NCBI GenBank assembly: GCA_965224245.1
Contig: OZ245046.1
Coordinates: 4,640,001-4,704,000 of the forward strand
DNA: 64,000 nt
Source: Candidatus Eiseniibacteriota bacterium
Lineage (GTDB): Bacteria; Eisenbacteria; RBG-16-71-46; CAZAMP01
Direction: 5' to 3'
The position numbers and the translations under genes are program-made. The notes under the pieces are model-generated. The model made no database searches, was not told where the DNA came from, and saw only the letters and a program-made list of their open reading frames with translations. The first letter of the stretch is position 1; the number at the start of each line of letters is the position of its first letter. Shown here one piece after another: positions 1 to 8,214 of this stretch.

Positions 1-3000
1 CGGGGACCGGCACCGGCGCACCCGGATCGCGCACGAACGCGCTCGACGCGAACACGTCGTCTCCGGCGTCGGCAGCACCTCCCACCCGATCCCCGCCCTC
101 CGGCGACCTCGCCACCGATGCCGGCGCATGGCGCGTGAAGCTCGCGCCGGTCCGGATCCTCGACCTCGAGGTCCGGGGCCGGCACCGGATCCCGATCCCG
201 GATCGCCGGCGCGGACTGCCGCCCGATCCCAACCTCACGGCCCTGCCCGATCCCCTGACCATCGATGCCCGGGGCGTCGAGCTCGTGGGCGACCTCGGCG
301 ACGTCACCCTCACCACGTCGCTCACCGCCGCACGCGGCGGCGAGACGACGCTGGAGATGCGCTGGCCGGCGCCGCCGAGCCGGGTCACGCCGCCGTGGCC
401 GGCGGATCGCGCGATGGACGATCCGGTGTGGGCCGCGTGGCAGTCGCCTCCGACGCCGGGAATCAGGGTCACGGCGCGACTCGACTCGCTGACCCCGGAC
501 GCGACGTTCGACGTGACGGGAACCGCGATCCTGCCCGGCCCGCGCACGTGGGCCTCTCGTCTGCCGGAGAACGCGGCGGTCCTCGATCTGGGCGAGGTGC
601 GCGCGCGCTTCGACGCGCACGGCTCGGCATCGGACCTGGTCGCGCGAATCGACCTCTCCGAGACCGCGTGGATCGATACGCTCTTCGCCGATCTCCGCCG
701 CCAGGACGACCGCGCGGTCCTCGACACGCTGGGGCTCGTCGTCGACGACGTCGCGCTCGGCGCCCGGGGGTCGGTCGTCGGCGAGATCGTGGACGCGACC
801 GCGCGGCTGGATCTCGGCGGGCTCTCGCTGGTACGCCGCCTGGCGCCGGGTCTGCCGGACTCCCTTCACGTCACCGCGCGGAGCGACGTGGCGGTGAGCG
901 GGCCATCGTCGGCGGCCCGTGTGGTCGCAAGCACGCGCGGCAGCGTCCTCGCCGGTCCGCTCCGCGCGCCGGCGCTCACGAGCGACGTCACGATCGAGGG
1001 CGGCCGACTCCGGACCGCGTTGGTGGTCACCGACACCGTGACGTCGATCGGCGACGTCACCGTGGATCGGTTCCGGGCGGCGTACGCCCCGACGCCGGGA
1101 GCGACGTCACCGACGTCCGGCCGGCTTCGCGTCGACGCCAGCGGGCCCGGCGTGTCGGTGACGCACCAGGCCCACATCGACGCGGCCGACACGATCACGA
1201 TCGACGCGGACACGCTCGTGGTCGTGGTCGGCGAGCGCGATCTTCGCGCACGCCGACCGTTCGCGATCCGCGTGAGCCCCGAGGCCGGCATTCTCGAGGT
1301 CGACTCCCTGAGCCTCGAGGGGTCGATGGGCACGATCCGGGCAAACGGTCGCTCGGCGCCCGACTCCACCACGCTGACCGCCCGCGTCGACGTGCGGGTT
1401 CCGGATCGTCCCGAGTGGATCGACGTCCCGGACGGGCTCTGGCCCGGCGGCCTCACGATCACACTCGACGCCCTGGCGGACGGGCTCCTGGCGCTGCGCG
1501 CGAGCCTGACCGGGCTGGCGATCGGGCGCGCCACGCCGCTGGCCCTCTCGGCCGATCTTCGCAACGAGCGCGGAGCGTTCACGGCGGCACTCACCGTCAG
1601 CGACGAATCGACGTCGACCGAGCTCGCCGGCCTGGACGCCTCGATCCCGGCCTCGTTCACGCGCTTCCCGGCCGCGTTCCGCGCCGTGCCCGAGTCGCTG
1701 TCGATCGCGGCGCGGTGGTCCGACTTTCCGCTGCCGATCACGGGCGATCCCGAGCGGCTTCGAGCCGGCTATCTGTCCGGTGCCAGCACCGGCGTGATCC
1801 CGACCGCGACCGGAACGCTCCAGACGATGGACCTCGGCGACACGCCGGAGCTCCGCTTCGACACCACGATCCGGTTCCCCGAGCGAACCGAGCTGGCGCC
1901 CTACACGTTCGTGGCCAGCGCGCGGGTCCTCGGACGTCGCGGCGGGCAGACGATTCCGCTTCGCACGTCGGTGGAGAGCAAGCTCACGCGGGGCGACGCG
2001 ACCGTGTTCGATCTGACGACACGCGTCCAGCACCGTCTGGTCCTCGATGACGCGCGAGGTCCCCGTCCCGTCATCGCCGACTCCGACTCGATCCTCGTGC
2101 ACGTCGTATCCAGCGGCATCCGGCTCTCCGAGCTGGACGCGTTCCTTCCCGACGCCTACGCCCTGGACGGCGCGTTCACGTTCGATCTCGACGTGAACGG
2201 CACCTTCGCGAGGCCCACGTTCGACGGACACTTCGACACCAAGGCGCTGAGCGTGAGACTCCCCGACGGCACGTATGCCACCGTCGTCGGCTCGGCCCGG
2301 CTGACCGGCACCGGGATGGCGCCCCGCCTCGTGGGCTCGCTCGAGGTGAGCAACGCCGTCATCAACATCCCCGCGGAGCAGAGGACCCTTCTGCCCAAGG
2401 ACGGCACCGCGATGCTCTGGGACGAGCAGGCCTTCCGCCTGGCGTTTCACAAGGGACCCGTGGCGACCGCCGGGTTCGGGAACGTCGGTCCAGAGCCCCG
2501 GCGGCTCCCGTCCCCGACGCGCTCACCGCTCGAGCTCCTGCCGAAGGACACGGTCGTGGACGTGGGGGTGCGCTTCCCCGGGCGATTCTGGCTGCGCGGT
2601 CGGGGACTCGACGTCGAGCTGGCGGGAGCGCTTCAGCTCGCGCTCCAGGAGGGCGTGCCCACGGTCGTGGGTGAGCTCGGTCCCACCGGGGGCGTTCTCG
2701 TGGTGCTGGGTCGGACGTTCCAGGTACAGGAAGGCCGCGTGGTGTTCTATGGACAGGACGAGTTCGATCCGACGCTGGACCTGTCGATGACGTCCACGCT
2801 CGACGACGTCGTGGTGACGGTGCACATGGGCGGCACGGTGCTGGAGCCGTCGCTCGAGCTGAGCTCGGTGCCCGAGATGGAGGAGGGCGACATCATGTCG
2901 CTGCTCCTGTTCGGAAAGCGCATCGACGATCTCGACACGGGCCAGACCGCACTCCTGGAGTCACGCGCGCTCGACCTGGCCCAGACGTTCGCGGCGGCGC

Positions 3001-3260
3001 AGGTGGAGCGCGCGATCACGCGTGAGCTCGGCGTGGACCTGGTGCGGGTTCGGCAGAGCGAGGACAGCGGCTCCGCGTCGCTGGTCATCGGCAAGTACCT
3101 GAGCCCGAAGGCGCTCCTCAAGTACGAGCAGGAGATCCTGGAGGGACAGGGCGCGTCGTTGACGCTGGAGTATCAGCTCGCGCGGCGGCTGAAGCTGGCG
3201 ACCTTCCTGAGCCGCTACTTCACGTCGGGCGCCGAGGTGCAGTGGTCGGTCGACTACTGA
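1..3260 (+). CDS. tamB: TamB-like translocation/assembly module protein (DUF490 C-terminus), 5' partial
   Basis: Beta-rich 1041+ aa ORF. C-terminus GRGLDVELAGAL...GRTFQVQEGRVVF...DPTLDL...SSVPEMEEGDIMSLLLFG...LVIGKYLSP...LEYQL...SGAEVQWSVDY is typical of TamB. Frame is open back to the window edge. Confidence 0.85.
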   Translation, partial: GTGTGAPGSRTNALDANTSSPASAAPPTRSPPSGDLATDAGAWRVKLAPVRILDLEVRGRHRIPIPDRRRGLPPDPNLTALPDPLTIDARGVELVGDLGDVTLTTSLTAARGGETTLEMRWPAPPSRVTPPWPADRAMDDPVWAAWQSPPTPGIRVTARLDSLTPDATFDVTGTAILPGPRTWASRLPENAAVLDLGEVRARFDAHGSASDLVARIDLSETAWIDTLFADLRRQDDRAVLDTLGLVVDDVALGARGSVVGEIVDATARLDLGGLSLVRRLAPGLPDSLHVTARSDVAVSGPSSAARVVASTRGSVLAGPLRAPALTSDVTIEGGRLRTALVVTDTVTSIGDVTVDRFRAAYAPTPGATSPTSGRLRVDASGPGVSVTHQAHIDAADTITIDADTLVVVVGERDLRARRPFAIRVSPEAGILEVDSLSLEGSMGTIRANGRSAPDSTTLTARVDVRVPDRPEWIDVPDGLWPGGLTITLDALADGLLALRASLTGLAIGRATPLALSADLRNERGAFTAALTVSDESTSTELAGLDASIPASFTRFPAAFRAVPESLSIAARWSDFPLPITGDPERLRAGYLSGASTGVIPTATGTLQTMDLGDTPELRFDTTIRFPERTELAPYTFVASARVLGRRGGQTIPLRTSVESKLTRGDATVFDLTTRVQHRLVLDDARGPRPVIADSDSILVHVVSSGIRLSELDAFLPDAYALDGAFTFDLDVNGTFARPTFDGHFDTKALSVRLPDGTYATVVGSARLTGTGMAPRLVGSLEVSNAVINIPAEQRTLLPKDGTAMLWDEQAFRLAFHKGPVATAGFGNVGPEPRRLPSPTRSPLELLPKDTVVDVGVRFPGRFWLRGRGLDVELAGALQLALQEGVPTVVGELGPTGGVLVVLGRTFQVQEGRVVFYGQDEFDPTLDLSMTSTLDDVVVTVHMGGTVLEPSLELSSVPEMEEGDIMSLLLFGKRIDDLDTGQTALLESRALDLAQTFAAAQVERAITRELGVDLVRVRQSEDSGSASLVIGKYLSPKALLKYEQEILEGQGASLTLEYQLARRLKLATFLSRYFTSGAEVQWSVDY

Positions 3261-3270
3261 CCCGGCGCGA

Positions 3271-5889
3271 TCAGAACTCGAAGCGAAGGTGCTCGTCGTG
3301 GCCCGCGGCGATCGTGATGGTCCGGATGTCCGGCGTTCCGAGGCGGCCGCCGCGGCTGACGCTGACGACGTGCGTGCCGCAGGGCAGCTCCACGTCGCGC
3401 TGCGGGGTCCGAAGCGCCAGTCCGTCCCGCGTGAGCTCCTCGCCGTCGACCAGGATCAGATCGTTGCCTCCGGACGTGATCGTGATCCGGCCGATGCACC
3501 CGGCGTCGGCGGCGCGTGCATCGTCGGCCGCGCCCGGGTCGATCGTCGCCGCGCCCGGGTCGATCGTCGCAGTGCGCGGGTCGATCGTCGCAGTGCCCGC
3601 GTCACCCCGTGTCGCGTCACCCGCGTCTCCCGGCTCGGACGAACCCGGGTCGTCCGGATCGTCGCGACCGCCGCGAGCGAGCCCGCTTCGATCGCGCTGG
3701 ACGAGCTCGACGTGCTCGGTGTGGACGTCGCCGCGTCGCAGGCGGACCGATTGGGTGTCGGGGACGTACCCCTCGAGGCTGACGCGGATCTCGACCGTCC
3801 CGGACCCCTCGTCGTCCAGCGGAACGTTCGCGTCGCGGACGGGAAGACGCCCCACGTCCTCGCCGTCGACCGACACGAGCGCGCCCGCCGGGCTCCCCTC
3901 GACGGTCAGCGACGCGCCTTCACGCGACAGAACGAGGGGCGGGACGTCGACCGACGCGCCGCGACCGACCTCGACCTCGCGCTCGGTGGTCGCATATCCC
4001 TCCCGGGTCGCGCGGATGGTGTACCGCCCGGTCTTCAGGGTCACGAACGGCGAGGCGGACGAGAGCACGACGTCGGTCTCGACGACGACGACCGTGGCGT
4101 CGGGCGGGTTCAGCTCGGTCAGATGCAGGGTCCCCTTCGCGAAGCCGAAGCTCACGATCGCGTATCCGATCAGCACGAGCACCGCCAGGGCCAGGAACCC
4201 GATCACGACCTTGCGGCCGGAGGCGCCCCCGCCGGCGTCGGGGGCGGCCGGGGTCGGGCTCGGGCTCGCGCTCGGGCGCCGGGGAGGTGACGGCTCCGGT
4301 TTGCGCGGGGGCTCGGAGGCGTCGTCCCTCGGGGGAGGTTTGGACGCCGCGCCACCCGCCGGCCCCTGCGGCGATCCCGTTTGCCCCAGTCGCGTGGCAT
4401 CGTCCGCCGAGGTGGGGCCGGTCGACGACCGGTGCGCCGGTGACGGATCCGACACGTCGCGCGGCGACGAGCCGGTGCGCGAGGGAACCGCACGCTGCGT
4501 GGCGTCGACGTCGTCCCCCGTCGGCGGAGGCGGAGCGGGCGGCGGTGAAGCGGGCGGCGACGGCGGCGGCGGCGGCGACTCCGGTGCGGTCGTTGCGCCC
4601 GAGATCGGACGCATCATGGTGGCGTCGTCGCCGGCCTCGTCGTGCGCGTCGCGACCGGGGGTCTCGCGGCCTCGTGCGATCACCGTCGCGTCATCCGCGG
4701 CATCTCCGACGGGTCGGGCGTCGGCCGGAGAAGGACCCGGGTGCCGTGCGGCCGCGGCGGTTCCGGACGCCTCGATGACGCGCGCCGCACCTTCGGTCAG
4801 CACGGCGCGCAGATCGTGCACGTTCTGTGACGCGAGGATTCGCACCAGCTCGGCCTTCATCTCCAACGCTTCGGGATGTCGCGGATTCAGCTGCAGCACG
4901 GTCGCCAGCACCTGGAGCGCGTCGCGGGCCTTCTGCTCCCCGAGCGCCAGCAGGTTGTGCGCGCGCAGGAGATTGCTCTGGACCTCCTTCTCCGAGAGCG
5001 CGTGGGCGACGCCGTCGGGGTCGGCCGCGAAGCGCGCGAGCAGCTGGCTTCGCCCCGCGATCGCGGCCTGCTCGACGTAGCGATCCAGCCACTGGTGCAC
5101 GGCGGCGGCGTCGCGCGGGCGCGCGTCGGGGTCCTTCGCGAGAAGCTGATGCACGAACTCCGAGAGCTCGCGGCTCACCAGCGGATTGCGTTCGTGGAGC
5201 GCCGCCGGCTGGTCGCGCAGGATCGCCGTTTGCACCGCGGGAACGGTGGATCCCGCGAACGGTCGCTCGCCGGCCAGAAGCTCGTAGGCCACGATGCCGA
5301 ACGCGAAGAGGTCGGCTCGCGGGTCCACGTGTCCGCCGGCGATCTGCTCGGGGGCCATGTAGGCCGGCGTACCCACGGACTGGTTGCCGGTCGACAGCGT
5401 GGACGACGCCTCGCGTGACCTGGCCAGCCCGAAGTCGGCGAGCTTGGCCACGCCCGCCGTGGAGAACATGATGTTGGACGGCTTGACGTCGCGGTGGAGA
5501 ACGCCCTCGGTGTGCGCCGACTCGAGCGCGTCCGCCACGTCGGCGAGCACGAGGAGCGCCACGTCGCGCGGGAGCGGCCGTACCGACTTCAGGACGTCCG
5601 CCAGCGTCGAGCCGTCCACGTACTCCATCGACAGGTACGGCGGATCGTGCTGCCGGGCGAACTCGATGACCTTGACGATGTGCGCGTTGTCGAGGACGGC
5701 GGCCGACCGGGCCTCGAGCTCGAAGCGGGCGAGAAAGTCGGTGTCGTCCGCGAGGTGCGGGTGGATCACTTTGATCGCGCGGCGCGCGCCGAGCGAGAGC
5801 TGCACGCCCTCGTAGACGGTACCCATCGCACCCGACGCGACACGGCGCTTGATGTCGTATCCGGGGATCGTCGGGAATGCTGCCGGCAC
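3271..5889 (-). CDS. Hanks-type Ser/Thr protein kinase with helical (TPR-like) segment, Pro-rich linker, one TM helix and extracytoplasmic PEGA-like domains
   Basis: Kinase motifs GAMGTVY, AIKVI, HRDVKPSNI, DFGLA, GTPAYMAPE, DLFAFG. TM VVIGFLALAVLVLIGYAIVSF. PEGA-like GRYTIRATREGY and SPAGALVSVDG...VSLEGY. Confidence 0.93.
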   Translation of the reverse strand: MPAAFPTIPGYDIKRRVASGAMGTVYEGVQLSLGARRAIKVIHPHLADDTDFLARFELEARSAAVLDNAHIVKVIEFARQHDPPYLSMEYVDGSTLADVLKSVRPLPRDVALLVLADVADALESAHTEGVLHRDVKPSNIMFSTAGVAKLADFGLARSREASSTLSTGNQSVGTPAYMAPEQIAGGHVDPRADLFAFGIVAYELLAGERPFAGSTVPAVQTAILRDQPAALHERNPLVSRELSEFVHQLLAKDPDARPRDAAAVHQWLDRYVEQAAIAGRSQLLARFAADPDGVAHALSEKEVQSNLLRAHNLLALGEQKARDALQVLATVLQLNPRHPEALEMKAELVRILASQNVHDLRAVLTEGAARVIEASGTAAAARHPGPSPADARPVGDAADDATVIARGRETPGRDAHDEAGDDATMMRPISGATTAPESPPPPPSPPASPPPAPPPPTGDDVDATQRAVPSRTGSSPRDVSDPSPAHRSSTGPTSADDATRLGQTGSPQGPAGGAASKPPPRDDASEPPRKPEPSPPRRPSASPSPTPAAPDAGGGASGRKVVIGFLALAVLVLIGYAIVSFGFAKGTLHLTELNPPDATVVVVETDVVLSSASPFVTLKTGRYTIRATREGYATTEREVEVGRGASVDVPPLVLSREGASLTVEGSPAGALVSVDGEDVGRLPVRDANVPLDDEGSGTVEIRVSLEGYVPDTQSVRLRRGDVHTEHVELVQRDRSGLARGGRDDPDDPGSSEPGDAGDATRGDAGTATIDPRTATIDPGAATIDPGAADDARAADAGCIGRITITSGGNDLILVDGEELTRDGLALRTPQRDVELPCGTHVVSVSRGGRLGTPDIRTITIAAGHDEHLRFEF
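3529..3591. repeat. 3 x 21-bp in-frame tandem repeat (ATIDPRT/ATIDPGA) in the kinase extracellular linker
   Basis: cgcgcccgggtcgatcgtcgc twice exactly (3529-3570), then agtgcgcgggtcgatcgtcgc. Confidence 0.9.
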
Positions 5890-6243
5890 GGTATGCGTCC
5901 TCGTGGGGGATCGACCGCGGGCAGACTAGCAGAGCGCCGGCGACGGCGCCACGCGCGTCGGACACCCGGGCCGCGCGTTGCGGATGTCATTGGTAGGCGC
6001 GCGGATACGGTGGGGTGGAGGACCAGGGCTCTTCGAGTTTATCAGTCGTTTTTTAAACGTCTCGATACGCACTTTCGTGCTTCCGCTTCGGCCGGGCCTC
6101 GATGGCCCGCCGCTCGGGCGTGGTGGAAGTGCGCGGGGTCGGTCCGCGTCATGAGGATCACGCCTTTCGCCGCCGTCGGCCGGTGAACTAGACTCGGACG
6201 CGGTTCGAGACCGGCTTCCCCCTCAGCAAGCGATGGATCGGTA

Positions 6244-7191
6244 GTGGTAGAGCAGGCCCTTCCCACGTCGGGATCCCAGCCCGACCCCGATTTCGACACG
6301 CTCCTGACCCGGGCCAAGGCGGGGGATCGGACGGCATGCGACCGCCTCCTGCGCTCGGTCGAACGCGACATGCGGGCCCGGATCGGCGCCCGCATCCAGG
6401 GACGCTCGGACATCGATCGGGACGAGGTCCTCCTCGACGCCCAGGTCTACCTGTTCGAGAAGATCGGCGTGTTCGACCCCGCGATGGGCACGTTCCGCGC
6501 CTTCGCGCTGGGACTCACGAACACGATCATCCGCCGCCTCTGGGACGGCAAGCCCATCGAGAGCCCCGTCTTCCGGACGAAGGACGGCGAGCTCGACGTC
6601 CTCACCGAGCCCGATCCGGGGATGCTCGAGGGACTCGACGAACGCCTGCGATCGGTCGTGGGGGCCGATCACGTCGTCCACGCCGGCGCCCGCGCGACGC
6701 CGGGCGACGTCTTCCTGGAGACGCTGGCGCTGTTCTTCTCCGAGGGCGGCTACCCGCACCAGCAGATCGCGTTCGCGTTCAGTCAGCTCATCTGGGGTCA
6801 ACGCAAGACCGAGCTGAAGGGGGCCAAGACGTCGCGGACGCCTCTCTGGGGGGCGGCGGACCGGGTCGTCAAGGAGGTGTCGGACTGGGCGCTCGAGAAC
6901 GCCAGGGGGGACTTCATCGACGAGCTCGAGGAGACGCTGGGGCTCGACCACGACTTCCTGGACCGGATGTCCGAGCCGATGCGCCGTCGGCTCGAGCTCC
7001 TTGGCCGGGTCCTCTTCGAGAAGGACGCCACCTCGCGCGAGCTGTTCAGGACGCTTCTCGACCGGAGGATCGGCGAGACCCGGCTCTCGGACTACTACGG
7101 CGACGAGCCGACGAAGTCCGTCGCCAACTGGACCCGGCTGGTCAAGAACAAGATTACCAAGGCGTTGGAACGGCAGGAGATCGCCTCTTGA
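6244..7191 (+). CDS. Atypical sigma-70/ECF-like RNA polymerase sigma factor (315 aa)
   Basis: LLTRAKAGDRTACDRLL...DRDEVLLDAQVYLFEKIGVFDPAMGTFRAFALGLTNTIIRR resembles ECF sigma2 (L..A..GD..AF..L; FDP..G.F..W...I). The final helix KSVANWTRLVKNKITKAL resembles the sigma4 recognition helix. Followed by a zinc anti-sigma-like gene. Confidence 0.7.
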   Translation: MVEQALPTSGSQPDPDFDTLLTRAKAGDRTACDRLLRSVERDMRARIGARIQGRSDIDRDEVLLDAQVYLFEKIGVFDPAMGTFRAFALGLTNTIIRRLWDGKPIESPVFRTKDGELDVLTEPDPGMLEGLDERLRSVVGADHVVHAGARATPGDVFLETLALFFSEGGYPHQQIAFAFSQLIWGQRKTELKGAKTSRTPLWGAADRVVKEVSDWALENARGDFIDELEETLGLDHDFLDRMSEPMRRRLELLGRVLFEKDATSRELFRTLLDRRIGETRLSDYYGDEPTKSVANWTRLVKNKITKALERQEIAS

Positions 7192-7345
7192 GCGACCCGG
7201 GATGCCAGACCGGCCGGAAAACGGCCCGACCCCGCCAGAACTCGACGGCGGCGTCGGTAGTCGTCGCGAGTTCAGGAGCCCGCCCGGGCTTCATGGTCAC
7301 GATGACGCCCCCGGCCCGCCGGGGCTCCGATCCAGGACTTTCGCC

Positions 7346-8107
7346 ATGACGCATCCAGGACGAGACACCCTTCTCGCCTTCGTGTCGGGACGCACCGACG
7401 ACGCCGACGCCGAGGCCGTGTACCAGCACATCGCGGAGTGCCCGCGGTGCGAGCGCCGGGTCGACGCGCTTCGCGTCCTCCGGGATCGCTTCGACGAGAG
7501 CTGGTCGTTCTTCGAGAGCGTCCTTGGCGACGTGGCTCTGAGCTTCGAGGAGAAGCGATTTCGCGCGTCGACGAACGCGATCGTGGTGGACTTCAAGGGA
7601 CTGATCGACGCCGGCCGCCGGCTCGCGATCGCGGCGCGCAACACCGTCGCCGACGCGGCCGCCCAGGCCGCCGGTGCGTTCGACGGTCGACTCGCGCCGG
7701 CCTACGGTGGTGTCGGCGACGTTCCCGCCGGGGACCCGGCCACACCTCACGTCGAGCGGGCCGCCGAGCTCATCGGTGCGGCCGACGTGGACGCCGCACG
7801 CGCCGAGCTCGAGACCGCGCACGCGCGCGACCCCAGATCCACCGGCGTCGTCGAGCTGGATCTGACCTGGCACGACGAGGTCTGCGGCAAGCTCGTGGTC
7901 AACGCCCCCCGTCGTCGCCTGTCGGTGCTCGTACACCCGCGCGCCGAGTTCGCGGCGGGCGCGGTGCGTCTTCGCGGTGAGGGCTACGACGAGCATCGCG
8001 CGCTCGAGCCGGTGGAGGGCGCCGCGTATCTCCTCGCGGAGTTCGACGCCGTGCCCGACGGTGCGTTCGACGTGGCGCTGGTCCTGGCCCCGACGGCGAC
8101 CGCGTAG
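7346..8107 (+). CDS. Soluble zf-HC2 (ZAS) anti-sigma-like protein with C-terminal beta-sandwich
   Basis: MTHPGRDTLLAFVSG...YQHIAECPRC matches H...HxxxCxxC. No TM helix. ATG 7346 follows AGGA; an alternative in-frame ATG lies at 7202. Confidence 0.75.
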   Translation: MTHPGRDTLLAFVSGRTDDADAEAVYQHIAECPRCERRVDALRVLRDRFDESWSFFESVLGDVALSFEEKRFRASTNAIVVDFKGLIDAGRRLAIAARNTVADAAAQAAGAFDGRLAPAYGGVGDVPAGDPATPHVERAAELIGAADVDAARAELETAHARDPRSTGVVELDLTWHDEVCGKLVVNAPRRRLSVLVHPRAEFAAGAVRLRGEGYDEHRALEPVEGAAYLLAEFDAVPDGAFDVALVLAPTATA

Positions 8108-8199
8108 CAGTCGCGTCGCGCGCACGGCCGGTCCGCTCGGTCGTGCGCCTCGGCTCGTCCACGCGCATCCCTCGCGCTCCAGGGACGTCCCCTGCACCG

Positions 8200-8208
8200 T
8201 GATATAGT
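8200..8208 (+). promoter_or_regulatory. Extended -10 promoter (TGa-TATAGT), probably leaderless
   Basis: TGATATAGT ends 6 nt before ATG 8215, with no Shine-Dalgarno. Confidence 0.55.
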
Positions 8209-8214
8209 CCCCGG

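Noticed and set aside
3529-3591. Short direct repeats as a possible CRISPR array
   Set aside because: No spacers, in-frame within a coding linker, and no cas genes in the window.
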